A stretch of DNA of 64,000 bases from Pseudomonadota bacterium (GTDB taxonomy: Bacteria; Desulfobacterota; Desulfobacteria; Desulfobacterales; RPRI01): NCBI GenBank assembly GCA_043825875.1, contig JBDRRF010000083.1:74032-138031 (forward strand), given 5' to 3'. A program made the translations under genes and the position numbers. The notes under the pieces are model-generated. The model did no database searches. It was not told the origin of the DNA and saw nothing but the letters and a program-made list of their open reading frames with translations. Of the stretch, positions 50,110-59,880 are shown one piece after another (within the stretch, counting starts at the first letter, position 1; each line of letters starts with the position of its first letter).

Positions 50110-50937
50110 TTATATATAAGTGATCCTGGGCTGTTTCCGTTCCGGCAGTCTGTAATATTTTGCCTTTGGATATCCTATCATCAAAGGGAAGTGGTGGGGA
50201 TTGTTTTTCGGCAAACCAATATATTCCTTCAAAGAAGGCAGGGCAAGAAGTGCACCGTTTAGCAATCCTGCCCAGCATGTCCCAAGTCCCATTGTCGGAG
50301 CCAGTAATTCAAGATATGAAAGAGCCAAAATTATATCTGTTGCACCTCCCATTGCTTCTTTGGGCGCTGATGCCACTACTACTGCCGGCGCTTTTCTTAA
50401 AATCGGATCATAGCCACCGTCCCAGGCTGCAATAACCTGATACAGATATGGGCTTGCTTTTGCTATAGCCGGGTCGTCTTTTAACAACTGCCGTAACCAT
50501 TCAGTTGTTTTGGCGGCAAGAGTATGTATTTTTGATTTATCGCTTATAATTATCCATTCCACCAATTGGCTGTTGCTTGCGGTAGGGGCATAGCGGGCGG
50601 TTTCAATAAGTTTTTGGATCTTTTCTTTTTCAACAGGTTTGTCATTATAAAACCGGATAGAACGTCGAGTCCGCAAAAACTGCACAGCCTGATCCTGATT
50701 GATTTTAAGTTCATCTTTTATGGCCGGAGATTTTTCAAGTGGTACGAGTTCATGGCTCAAAGCCCCGTGGGGACATACAGCCACACAATGGCCACATATC
50801 CGGCACATACTTTCCATATTATCAGGTATATATGGAAAACCACCGCCTTCAGGTATTCTTATAATCGCAGTCATGCAGTCTTTTGCACAAAGTCCGTCCT
50901 GTTTACATTTACTTTCATCTATTTTTAAAAGCCCCAT
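50110..50937 (-). CDS. nitroreductase-family protein with N-terminal ferredoxin domain
   Basis: CRICGHCVAVCP, RRSIR, APTASNSQ, GLGTCWAG. Confidence 0.9.
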   Translation of the reverse strand: MGLLKIDESKCKQDGLCAKDCMTAIIRIPEGGGFPYIPDNMESMCRICGHCVAVCPHGALSHELVPLEKSPAIKDELKINQDQAVQFLRTRRSIRFYNDKPVEKEKIQKLIETARYAPTASNSQLVEWIIISDKSKIHTLAAKTTEWLRQLLKDDPAIAKASPYLYQVIAAWDGGYDPILRKAPAVVVASAPKEAMGGATDIILALSYLELLAPTMGLGTCWAGLLNGALLALPSLKEYIGLPKNNPHHFPLMIGYPKAKYYRLPERKQPRITYI

Positions 50938-50961
50938 CAGCTTTATACTCCTTATTATATT

Positions 50962-51103
50962 GAGCCAGTTTCAAAACGCCCCAGTTTGGCCGATCTCTGC
51001 GTTGGGCTCAAATTTCAATCCTCGAAATACTAAATGTATTCCTCTGGTTGAAATTTTCTCCCGCCTTGAGCTTGACCAAACTGAAACGTTTTGAAATGGG
51101 CTC
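50962..51103 (+). repeat. hairpin repeat family A
   Basis: Near-identical to 28545-28687. Confidence 0.9.
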
Positions 51104-51105
51104 TA

Positions 51106-52530
51106 TTAACTATTATTATATTTTTTTTTCCAATGGTTCGCTCTTTTACGAAGGGAATTCTCGCTGATATATGTCCATAAGGTATCCAATTCAGCCTGAG
51201 AGACATTCAGCTTTTCAATAAGCATTGCATCGATTTTTCCTCTCTGTTCAGCAGCAACTTTCAGCCAACGTCGAACAGTGTCGAATTTAACATTCATGAC
51301 GTTCGCTACATTTGTAAGTGACATCCCCTTAATCAGAAGACTAAGGGCCTTCATAATTTTTTCTTCCGGAGATCTAAGACCGTAAAAAATGGTCCCCGCT
51401 TTGCTGCTGAAAGATATGCCACACTTTTTACATTTAAATCTATGCCTTTGCTCTCCCTGTTTTGTGTAATACGTTCCGTTGCAAATAATATTGCCATCTG
51501 TTGTGCTATCATATGTTTCACATCCGGAATTAGGGCACTTAATTTTATCTATATTATTTTGAGATTTCTTATACAGGCTTAAAACGTCAACGGTTATGGG
51601 TCTATCAACGGCTATGGGATCAACATAGCTGTTAAACTTATTAACAAGAACATCTAATTCAATATCAAAGATTTGCGGTGGCATACTATCTATATTTGTA
51701 TGATCATTATCAGCAGCTTTCCACGCACTTTTCATACCCATATCTTCGAAATACTCTTCTCCTTTTGTAGTGGCAGTATGAAAAGCCGAAAGATATCCTT
51801 TTTTTTGTTCTATTTTAAAAAGATACTTTAGATTTCTAACCATCATCGGATATGCAACGCTTAAACTTGCTGAAAAAATGGAATAATGAAAAAAAACTCC
51901 TTTACCTATTGTTAATATATCAGTGATTTTTTCAGATGTTAGATAGTCTTCGAGAACCTTTTGCTTTTTGAGTTCCTGATAAGCATCAATTTTTATGGGA
52001 AGACAAACAACATAACCTGCCATGCTACCCCAATTGTCTATTATAATACGATTTACATCCGGCAGCATATTTATAGCTTTTATGAAGACATTTTTTGCCA
52101 ATGGCTTTTTTATACCATAAGCATCGTTATGATATGAAATAATCATATCAATATGCTTTTCCGTTATAACCTGTTCATTTTCCAAGAAGGCGTCTTGCCC
52201 GGATTGCATATATCTTTTCAACACCTCATTGATTCTTATGAATTCCGCTTCAATCAATGTATACGCAACCCGCTTTTTTTGCAGCGAATACCAAATAGGA
52301 TTATCTGCATTAAGTGAAATGCATGCTTCCATGGGTATTCCTGTATAATTGGCAATGTCTTGAAGGTTCTCTATAGAAGCATGAGAGAGTCCCGCCTCCC
52401 ATCTTCGCAGTTGCCGGACACTGACTTTTATTGGGTCAGCAAACTCTTCTTGGCTTAGCTTACGCAATTGACGATAATCTTTGATAAGCTGACCAAGTGT
52501 TTTATAGCGCAAAAAATTTTCAGAGGACAT
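51106..52530 (-). CDS. XRE HTH regulator fused to a central domain and an IS1-transposase N-terminal (Zn ribbon + HTH) region
   Basis: LGQLIKDYRQLRKLSQEEFA..VRQLRRWE; CPNSGC...RFKCKKC..FS; GMSL..VA..VKFDTVRRWL; ELDTLWTYI then ends; start 52530 inferred (52551 possible). Confidence 0.8.
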   Translation of the reverse strand: MSSENFLRYKTLGQLIKDYRQLRKLSQEEFADPIKVSVRQLRRWEAGLSHASIENLQDIANYTGIPMEACISLNADNPIWYSLQKKRVAYTLIEAEFIRINEVLKRYMQSGQDAFLENEQVITEKHIDMIISYHNDAYGIKKPLAKNVFIKAINMLPDVNRIIIDNWGSMAGYVVCLPIKIDAYQELKKQKVLEDYLTSEKITDILTIGKGVFFHYSIFSASLSVAYPMMVRNLKYLFKIEQKKGYLSAFHTATTKGEEYFEDMGMKSAWKAADNDHTNIDSMPPQIFDIELDVLVNKFNSYVDPIAVDRPITVDVLSLYKKSQNNIDKIKCPNSGCETYDSTTDGNIICNGTYYTKQGEQRHRFKCKKCGISFSSKAGTIFYGLRSPEEKIMKALSLLIKGMSLTNVANVMNVKFDTVRRWLKVAAEQRGKIDAMLIEKLNVSQAELDTLWTYISENSLRKRANHWKKKYNNS

Positions 52531-52557
52531 ATCTTGACCTTGATTAAGCATGAAATA

Positions 52558-52630
52558 ACAGTTACGAAATCCAAGTTCGTACGAAATTAAAGTTCGTACG
52601 AACTTCATGTTCGTACGAAATTCATGTTCG
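52558..52630. repeat. 17-bp-period tandem array of palindrome TTCGTACGAA
   Basis: GTTCGTACGAA at 52575, 52592, 52609; in-register partial units at 52563 and 52626. Confidence 0.9.
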
Positions 52631-53053
52631 CCTTAATTTATTGGATATTTTTATTATTTCAACTTTTTATATAAAAATAACGGTAATTTTCCCAACACAT
52701 TCTTATGAAATATTGTCTATCAATATTTTCAGTATAACACGTTTAAATGAATTTATGCCCATGACACCATCATATTATGGTGCCAAATAATTTACAGTTA
52801 CCTACAATATTCGATTAAGTGTAGTAACCCTTTTATCCTTGTTCTCAGCAATTGCAGCCTTTTATATATAAAATTATCAAATCTTAAATAAGGCGTCAAA
52901 TTAAAAGAAAAAGTAAAATAGTTTAAAACTGTTGCTTTGAAAAGTTTAAAACTATTACATTAAAAATATATTATAATAAAGGAGGTGAGAATTACAAACT
53001 AAACCGAGAAAGGGCTGTATCTTTTTTAAAACATTAATTCTAGGAGGAAAGAT

Positions 53054-54616
53054 ATGAGTAGGAGAAGATGGGGCAAAACAGTATTATGCTTGCTTTTCGT
53101 TATAGCGATATCGGGAATTGTTTCTACAAAAGCTGTTGCGGAAATGACAAGCAGTTTTCATGGTACATTTGAATCCAACATTGTTGTTAGGGATACAGAT
53201 GGTATGCAGTATGGCTTTTTCGATGAAGCCTACGGGATTCAGCAGAGAAATACATTAAAATTTGATATTGATGTTTATCCTGAAATGAAATTGGGTGCCT
53301 TCAGAGTGGAAAAAGTTCATTTAACTTTTAGGGGTGCCTATGATTCGATCTTTGATCTTGCTGCACATAGATATGATATTGCAGATGATATAGGCGGCTC
53401 AAGATTCGATTATAATCTGGAGGACATCAGGTTTGAGCAGGATTTAAGAGAAGCTTTTATCGATTTTGTTTATACAGGCAAATTTGGTGATGGTTTTTTC
53501 CGTCCGGGCAGACAAATAGTTTCCTGGGGTGAGGGTCTGCTTGAAACCCTGAATGATGTTATAAACCCTCCGGATAGCTCCTTTAATTTGTTTTTCCAGA
53601 ATCCTGATGATGTAAAAATTCCTCTGTGGATGGGAAGAATAAATTACAGCATGCCACGTATACAGAATTTCGGCCTCAATTTCGACTTGTTATGGGTTCC
53701 GGATATCAGACCTGCGCAGTGGGGGCCAAGAGACGGTACTCCTACTGATGCCAATGCCGGATATCAGGCTCCTTATGTGAGTATCATAAATTTTGCCGAC
53801 CTGGATGGTTTTACTGTCAGGGAGAAAGTTCCTACCAATAATAATGAATATGGTGGAAAAATAACAGCAGAAATCGGACAAAGGCTAAACCTTTCCGTGC
53901 TTTATTTCAGGGATGTAGTAAGTGATCCTAATGGTATGGTAATGTATATACCTGCAATGGAAGTCGATGTAACACACAACAAGCAGCATGTTTACGGCGG
54001 TTTTTTCAGTTATCAATTACTAGTTGGTCATTTTGAAGCAATTATCAGAGGAGAGGTTTCACGTCATACAGCTGAACCGATATCGCTCGCTTCCGGTCAA
54101 TTTGATGCTCGTTCCGACGGGGGTAGAAATTTATTTGTCCTGAAGCCGGTGACAAAGACTATGCTTGCGGTTGACAAGGATTTTCGCTGGAGATGGCTTT
54201 CAAAAGATGTAACAAAAGTTTCATTTGAATGGTTGCATAAAACAATAAATGAATGGGAAAGCCGTCTTAGTGACCCGCAGTATGATACAAAAGGACGTGT
54301 AACAGGCAAGTTATACACAAATGTTAAAAAAGAACGCAGAAACGATAGAGAATCGGATGTGTTCATGGTTAACACGAGCACAGCTTTAATGGGTGCTAAA
54401 CTTACTCCGTCGATTTTGCTGGCAGTTTGTCCCGGCAAACATGGTGACGGCACAACTTGGATGGTAAAACCTGCGGTAAAATACCTCATCACCTCTGATC
54501 TTTATGCCGATCTTAGGCTGCAGGCATTTCTGGGAGACTCAAAAGCCAGTTACGGTTTTGCTGATGGTGTAAAAGTTGCCAGTGAGGTAACATTTAAATT
54601 AGGATATCAATGGTAA
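53054..54616 (+). CDS. DUF1302-like outer-membrane protein
   Basis: Signal peptide; YDSIFD, LREAFID, GRQIVSWG, IPLWM, WVPD; C-terminal YQW. Confidence 0.8.
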   Translation: MSRRRWGKTVLCLLFVIAISGIVSTKAVAEMTSSFHGTFESNIVVRDTDGMQYGFFDEAYGIQQRNTLKFDIDVYPEMKLGAFRVEKVHLTFRGAYDSIFDLAAHRYDIADDIGGSRFDYNLEDIRFEQDLREAFIDFVYTGKFGDGFFRPGRQIVSWGEGLLETLNDVINPPDSSFNLFFQNPDDVKIPLWMGRINYSMPRIQNFGLNFDLLWVPDIRPAQWGPRDGTPTDANAGYQAPYVSIINFADLDGFTVREKVPTNNNEYGGKITAEIGQRLNLSVLYFRDVVSDPNGMVMYIPAMEVDVTHNKQHVYGGFFSYQLLVGHFEAIIRGEVSRHTAEPISLASGQFDARSDGGRNLFVLKPVTKTMLAVDKDFRWRWLSKDVTKVSFEWLHKTINEWESRLSDPQYDTKGRVTGKLYTNVKKERRNDRESDVFMVNTSTALMGAKLTPSILLAVCPGKHGDGTTWMVKPAVKYLITSDLYADLRLQAFLGDSKASYGFADGVKVASEVTFKLGYQW

Positions 54617-54699
54617 CCGATGATATTTATTTGCCTGAGGATTGTATAACTGTTTTTCAAAAAACAGTGTCAGACAAAATCTAATTAAAGGAGGAAAAA

Positions 54700-56022
54700 G
54701 TGAAAATTAAAAAGAGTATCTTTAAATACATTGAGTTACCGATGCTTTGCTTGCTTGCAATTCTTCTCGGCTTTACAAGCTCCCTGCAAGCTGAAGATTT
54801 ACCAAAGACTATCGACAAGAGTAACTGCGCTCAATATAAAGACCTTATCATTCCGGCTATGTACCGTGCAATTGAAAGAGGTGATTATATTCTTACACCG
54901 GGTAACATAAACTTCAAGTTCAAGCATGATGATAAATTTATTGAAGCAAGTGCAAAGAATCAGGGAAAATTTGATATAACCGCAAAAGGTGAGCTGATAG
55001 AAAAAAGCACCGGAAATTACCCGGAAACTCTTTACGGAATGCCTTTTCCCAATGTTGATTTAAAAGATCCCAAGGTTGCGGAAAAAATCATATATAATTT
55101 TGATTTTCAGAGATATCGTTTTATGGCCTCAAAAGATAAAATCCGCGTCAGGTGGTTTGATAAAAGAGGAGAGGAACGTTATGCTGCCGGTGTTGACAGC
55201 CGCCTTTACATGAACGGCCGTCCACCTGGTCAGGAAATAAGCGACAATCCTGATAAGGTTTTAACCTATGAGTTTCAGAATATAACGGAACCCATGCCTG
55301 TAAGAGGGACCAATACTATGTCCTATACCTATATGGGTTCAAAGGATAATACCAGTTATGCCTATGTTCCGGCCATTAGAAGGATTCGCCAAACCACTTC
55401 AACATCAAGATCCGATCCGTATATGGGTTCTGATTCATGGATAGATGCAAACTACATGTGGGCAGGAAAAACCCCAACCATGAAATGGATTTATTTGGGA
55501 GAAAAGACTATTCTTGCTTCATTTGCAAGTCCTGATATGCTTCCAGGTACAGAATTGCCGGATGGAAGTATGAAGAGGGTATTTCCCTACTCAGGCCCAA
55601 GTATTCAGATGGGCTATGAAAACCCCAACTGGAAGGGCGCATCATGGGCACCTCAAAATATTACCTATGTTCCAAGAAAGGTATGGGTTATAGAACAGAT
55701 ACCAAAAGATCCTTATTATAACTGGGGCCGGCATATAAACTATGTTGATCAGGAAAGTTATACCATCTGGTACAAGGAAGTATATGAAAGATCCGGTGAT
55801 TTCCGGACCTGGGCCACTATGGTAGTACATTACAGCGAAGATACTAAAACCGGCAAAAGCAATACAGGAGATCGCGATTGCTCACTTTATATTGATGAGA
55901 AAGCCCGGCATGCAACAAGTACAAATAATTCAGCAGATCCGGATGCATTTATATATCTGCCCGAATCCAAACTGAATCCCAAGTTTTATACCGTTAATAA
56001 CTTTTTGCTTTTGTCTAAATAA
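54700..56022 (+). CDS. DUF1329 family protein
   Basis: GMPFP, YVPAIRRIR, RSDPYMGSD, WVIEQIPKDPYYNWG, YVDQE. Confidence 0.85.
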   Translation: MKIKKSIFKYIELPMLCLLAILLGFTSSLQAEDLPKTIDKSNCAQYKDLIIPAMYRAIERGDYILTPGNINFKFKHDDKFIEASAKNQGKFDITAKGELIEKSTGNYPETLYGMPFPNVDLKDPKVAEKIIYNFDFQRYRFMASKDKIRVRWFDKRGEERYAAGVDSRLYMNGRPPGQEISDNPDKVLTYEFQNITEPMPVRGTNTMSYTYMGSKDNTSYAYVPAIRRIRQTTSTSRSDPYMGSDSWIDANYMWAGKTPTMKWIYLGEKTILASFASPDMLPGTELPDGSMKRVFPYSGPSIQMGYENPNWKGASWAPQNITYVPRKVWVIEQIPKDPYYNWGRHINYVDQESYTIWYKEVYERSGDFRTWATMVVHYSEDTKTGKSNTGDRDCSLYIDEKARHATSTNNSADPDAFIYLPESKLNPKFYTVNNFLLLSK

Positions 56023-56035
56023 GATGTAGTTCAAA

Positions 56036-56076
56036 TAATCGCAGGGGCAGTTTTCGGAATCTTGCTCCTGCGATTA
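56036..56076 (+). terminator. stem-loop downstream of DUF1329 gene
   Basis: AATCGCAGGGGCAG...TTGCTCCTGCGATT. Confidence 0.55.
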
Positions 56077-56130
56077 TACCAATTGTTATAAGATATTGCT
56101 TTTTTATAATTATGCTTTATAATAACAATT

Positions 56131-56218
56131 TTCCGGCATTGACCAGCTCTTTTCCTGTTTCATGTCTTGCCTGACAGCGTTTTCTCCGGAACATCAAAAG
56201 GGCTGCTTCATGCCGAAA
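56131..56218 (+). ncRNA. candidate structured RNA, copy 1
   Basis: Long bulged stem whose G-U pairs form only on the + strand; TTGCTT-N16-TATAAT directly upstream. Confidence 0.35.
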
Positions 56219-56806
56219 AAAGATAATTATAAAATTGGAAAACTGATTCCAGATGTACTTAAAATTGTATAATATAAATTAGTTTACGATTTTTTTAATC
56301 CCTTTACTTTAGCCTTATATCCAGCCCATATTAAATACATAATTGTGCTAATTTGTAATTGATTATTCTAAAAAAACCAATCTTTCTTGTGCAAAGGTGC
56401 CCAACAGTCGAATCTTTACACATCATGCCTGTTAGTATCTTATATAATTTTTCCTCACTTTCATACTTTATAGTAAATCATAATATATTGTTACATTATT
56501 GGAAAATATTATAATTTAATTGCCGTATTTTGAAATGTAAAAATATGTTTTTTACATCATATTAATATTACTGTAAATAATATTTGGCACGATATTTGTA
56601 TTCAAATATAAGAAATCGAGCTGGGATAAGAGGCATTTATATATCTGCCTCAATCCTAAGTTTTATACCGTTAATAACTTTTTGCTGTTGTCTAAATAAA
56701 ATGTAGCTCAAATAATCGCAGGAGCGGGTTTCGAAATCTTTCTCCTAAGATTATACCAATTGTTATAAGATATTGCTTTTTATAATTATGCTTTAAAATA
56801 ATTTTT

Positions 56807-56894
56807 TTCCGGCATTGACCAGCTCTTTTCCTGTTTCATGTCTTGCCTGACAGCGTTTTCTCCGGAACACCAAAAGGGCTGCTTCATGCCGGAA
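56807..56894 (+). ncRNA. candidate structured RNA, copy 2
   Basis: Two differences from copy 1. Confidence 0.3.
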
Positions 56895-57736
56895 AAAAAG
56901 ATAAGTATAAAGTTGTAAAGCTGATTCCAAATGTTCTTCAAATAGTATAATATAAATTTTATACCGTATTAAAATTACTGAAATAATAATCGGCACAATA
57001 TTTGTTTTCAAATTTGTATTCAAACAAAGGAAATCGAGCTGGAATAAAGTGAATTTTAAATAGGTCTTACGGAAAGCATTTATAGTGTTTCTCAAAATAG
57101 TATTCGTATTGAAAATATTTTTTTTAAAGATGACGGTTTTGCAGCAATTACCTTAACTGTCATATACCGGATTTGACAAACCAGCCCCGGCACACATTAA
57201 AATCGGGGCTATCCAAAATATATTGAATAAACCGGACAACACTTAAGCTTCTTTGTGTGTCCAGTCGTAGCTATAATAATGAAAAATTGTATTTTGAAGC
57301 TTATTTCAAGTCCATGAAAAATAGTAATTGTTTTTTTAAACGGAACGTATTTATTAGAACTGCTATAACAATGACAAAATAATTTAGTCATTGACAAATA
57401 CACCAATTCTCTCCTGTTATTACAGTATACAGAGATTGCCCACAATTATGATTTGTTGCTCACCTATGTAGCGTCTTTTTATAATTCTATTTTATACTCC
57501 CTCGATTTAATACTAAAATTTTAACGAAATAAGGGGGTGAAAAATACAAATTAAACAGAAGCTATATCTTTAATTTAATTTCCAATTGAAATTTTTAAAC
57601 ATATAAGGTTAGCATTATATGTATCAATAGCTGCCCAGTCCATTCTGCACAAAAGAGGGCTTAATTTGCAGAGGCTCGTAACGACAGTTGTTAATAACAG
57701 TGTTATACAAAATGATTAATTTTAGAGGAGGATAAA

Positions 57737-59059
57737 GTGGAAGTTGTAAAAAGGATCTTTAAACCTATCGAGTTACCGATGCTTTGCATTCTTGTAATTC
57801 TTCTTGGTTTTAGCGGTTACCTACAGGCTGAAGAATTAACAAAAGTTATCGACAAGAATAACTGCGCTAAATATAAAGATATTATAATTCCGGCTATGTA
57901 TCGTGCGATTGAAAGAGGTGATTTTTTTCTTACACCAGGGAACATAAATTTCAAATATAAGCATGATGACAAGTTTCTTACGGCAAGCGCAAAAAATAAA
58001 GGGAAATTCGATATAAACAAAGAAGGTGAGCTAATCGAAAAAAGCACAAGCAAATATCCTGAATATCTTTATGGTATGCCTTTTCCCAATATTGATCTAA
58101 AAGATTCCAAGGTTGCGGAAAAGATCATATACAATTTTGATTTTCAGAGATACCGTTTTATGGGGTCAAAAGATCATATCAGTATCAAGTGGATCGATAA
58201 AGAAAATGAGGAACGTTATGCAGCCGGTATTGATAGTCGCCTTTACATGAACGGACGACCGCCTGGTCAGGAAATAAAAAATAATCCCGATAAGGTTCTT
58301 GCCTATGAGTTTCAGAATATATCTGAACCTATGCCTGTTAGAGGAACCAATACAATGGCCTATACCTATATGGGGCCAAAGGATAATAGTAGTTACGCCT
58401 ATATCCCTGCTATTAGAAGGACTCGTCAAACCACCTCAACATCAAGATCCGATCCGTATATGGGTTCCGATTCATGGATAGATGCAAATTACATGTGGTC
58501 AGGGAAAACCCCTTCTATGAAATGGAAGTATGTGGGAGAAAAAACTATTCTTGCTTCATTTGCAAGTCAGGATATTCTTCCCGTCAATGAATTGCCGGAT
58601 GGAAGTATAAAGAGGGTATTTCCCTTCACAGGCACAAGTATCCCTATGGGCTATGAAAATCCCAACTGGAAAGGCGCATCATGGGCACCTCAAAATATTA
58701 CCTATGTTCCAAGAAAGGTATGGGTTATAGAACAGATACCCAAAGATCCTTATTATAACTGGGGCCGGCATATAAACTATGTTGATCAGGAAAGCTATAT
58801 CATCTGGTATAAAGAGGTATATGAAAGATCCGGGGATTTTAGAACATGGGCTACTATGATAGTACACTACAGCGAAGATCCTAAAACCGGCAAAAACAAT
58901 ACGGGAGATCGCGATTGCTCGCTTTATATTGATGAAAAAGCCCGGCACGCTACAAGCAGCAACAATTCGACTCATCCGGAATCATTTATATTCCTGCCTG
59001 AAGCCAAACTGAGTCCCAAGTATTTCACAAAAAATAACTTTTTGGTGTTATCCAAGTAA
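57737..59059 (+). CDS. DUF1329 family protein (paralogue of 54700..56022)
   Basis: Same length (440 aa), colinear, long identical stretches. Confidence 0.88.
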   Translation: MEVVKRIFKPIELPMLCILVILLGFSGYLQAEELTKVIDKNNCAKYKDIIIPAMYRAIERGDFFLTPGNINFKYKHDDKFLTASAKNKGKFDINKEGELIEKSTSKYPEYLYGMPFPNIDLKDSKVAEKIIYNFDFQRYRFMGSKDHISIKWIDKENEERYAAGIDSRLYMNGRPPGQEIKNNPDKVLAYEFQNISEPMPVRGTNTMAYTYMGPKDNSSYAYIPAIRRTRQTTSTSRSDPYMGSDSWIDANYMWSGKTPSMKWKYVGEKTILASFASQDILPVNELPDGSIKRVFPFTGTSIPMGYENPNWKGASWAPQNITYVPRKVWVIEQIPKDPYYNWGRHINYVDQESYIIWYKEVYERSGDFRTWATMIVHYSEDPKTGKNNTGDRDCSLYIDEKARHATSSNNSTHPESFIFLPEAKLSPKYFTKNNFLVLSK

Positions 59060-59073
59060 GATGGATTAACTAA

Positions 59074-59112
59074 ATCCGCTGGAACGGGTCTGAAAATCCC
59101 GTTCCAGCGATT
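59074..59112 (+). terminator. stem-loop downstream of second DUF1329 gene
   Basis: CGCTGGAACGGG...CCCGTTCCAGCG. Confidence 0.6.
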
Positions 59113-59121
59113 ATACCTATT

Positions 59122-59285
59122 GAGCCAGTTTCAAAACGTCCTATTTTGACCAATCTCTGCGTTGGGTTAAAATTTTGCACGAAGTGAAGCATTAGCGCTA
59201 TCCTCAAAATACTTCATGTATTCATGCGGTTAAAATTTTCACCCGCCTTGACCTTGACCAAACTGAAACGTTTTGAAAGTGGCTC
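59122..59285 (+). repeat. hairpin repeat family A, long variant
   Basis: Same termini plus about 22-bp insertion GCACGAAGTGAAGCATTAGCGCT. Confidence 0.88.
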
Positions 59286-59437
59286 AGTTGCTATAAACGT
59301 ATTTCCGGGAAATTCTTTATTTAAAATAAATATCAACGGCAAAAGGAGGATCAACGGCAAAAGGCGCATTATATTATGGCTTAATATCTTATGATTTTAG
59401 TAACAAATTAAAACAACTTATACTATACTACACAATA

Positions 59438-59880
59438 TCATCGACTCCATAAGCGCTTCCCCAAATATCGCTTTTTCAATCTCCCATATCGTTGAGACAT
59501 CTGATGGTGGCTATTCTTCTTTATGAAACCAACCACCTGTAAAAGTGCATATTTTAGTGGTATAAAGATTAGCATACGTACATGATATGCTTGATAGCCA
59601 TCCAAAACCGACTCTCTTTCTGGAGGCTGTGAGGTCCTTGAATATTGTTTCAAGATAGTTTCCCAACCGAATATATATAATTTCTCTCCGATAAGTTAGT
59701 ATCTGTAAAATTTGATACTTGCATTCCCATGATGTTTGGTTTAAACTTTATATGTTGCTCAATTAAAATTCCCCTCCCTCTAAATTTTGAGCGGTTTACA
59801 GACAGGAGGTTTCTTTTATATTCCCGAAATTGTTAAACTCTGGGAGTCTCTCGGCAGAGCCGGGAGGTTACCTGTGATTA
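59438..59880 (-). mobile_element. tnpA: IS200/IS605 tnpA remnant with end hairpin
   Basis: Frameshifted SLNQTSWECKYQ...HVRMLIFIPLKYALLQVVGFIK...LWSR; CTCTCGGCAGAGCCGGGAG hairpin near 59848-59866. Confidence 0.8.

Larger units (their letters stand above)
55945..57050 (+). repeat. tandem duplication (unit 1 about 55945-56632; unit 2 about 56633-57050 with internal deletion)
   Basis: Gene tail, stem-loop, TTGCTT/TAWAAT region, 88-nt hairpin and GGCAC...AAATCGAGCTGG block occur twice. Confidence 0.9.

Noticed and set aside
51106..51560. Active IS1 element
   Set aside because: DDE core absent, no terminal repeats seen, in-frame fusion to a regulator
52558..52630. CRISPR array
   Set aside because: 17-bp period with no unique spacers; no cas genes in the window
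54056..54070. parS-like GTTTCACGTCATAC
   Set aside because: Only one half-site matches and it lies within a CDS
56131..56218. SRP RNA, 6S RNA or glycine riboswitch
   Set aside because: Lacks the SRP helix-8 motif and glycine aptamer core; too short for 6S
56793..57445. ORFs 56793..57095 and 57209..57445
   Set aside because: Non-ATG starts, AT-rich, no motifs; the first is not kept open in the duplicate copy
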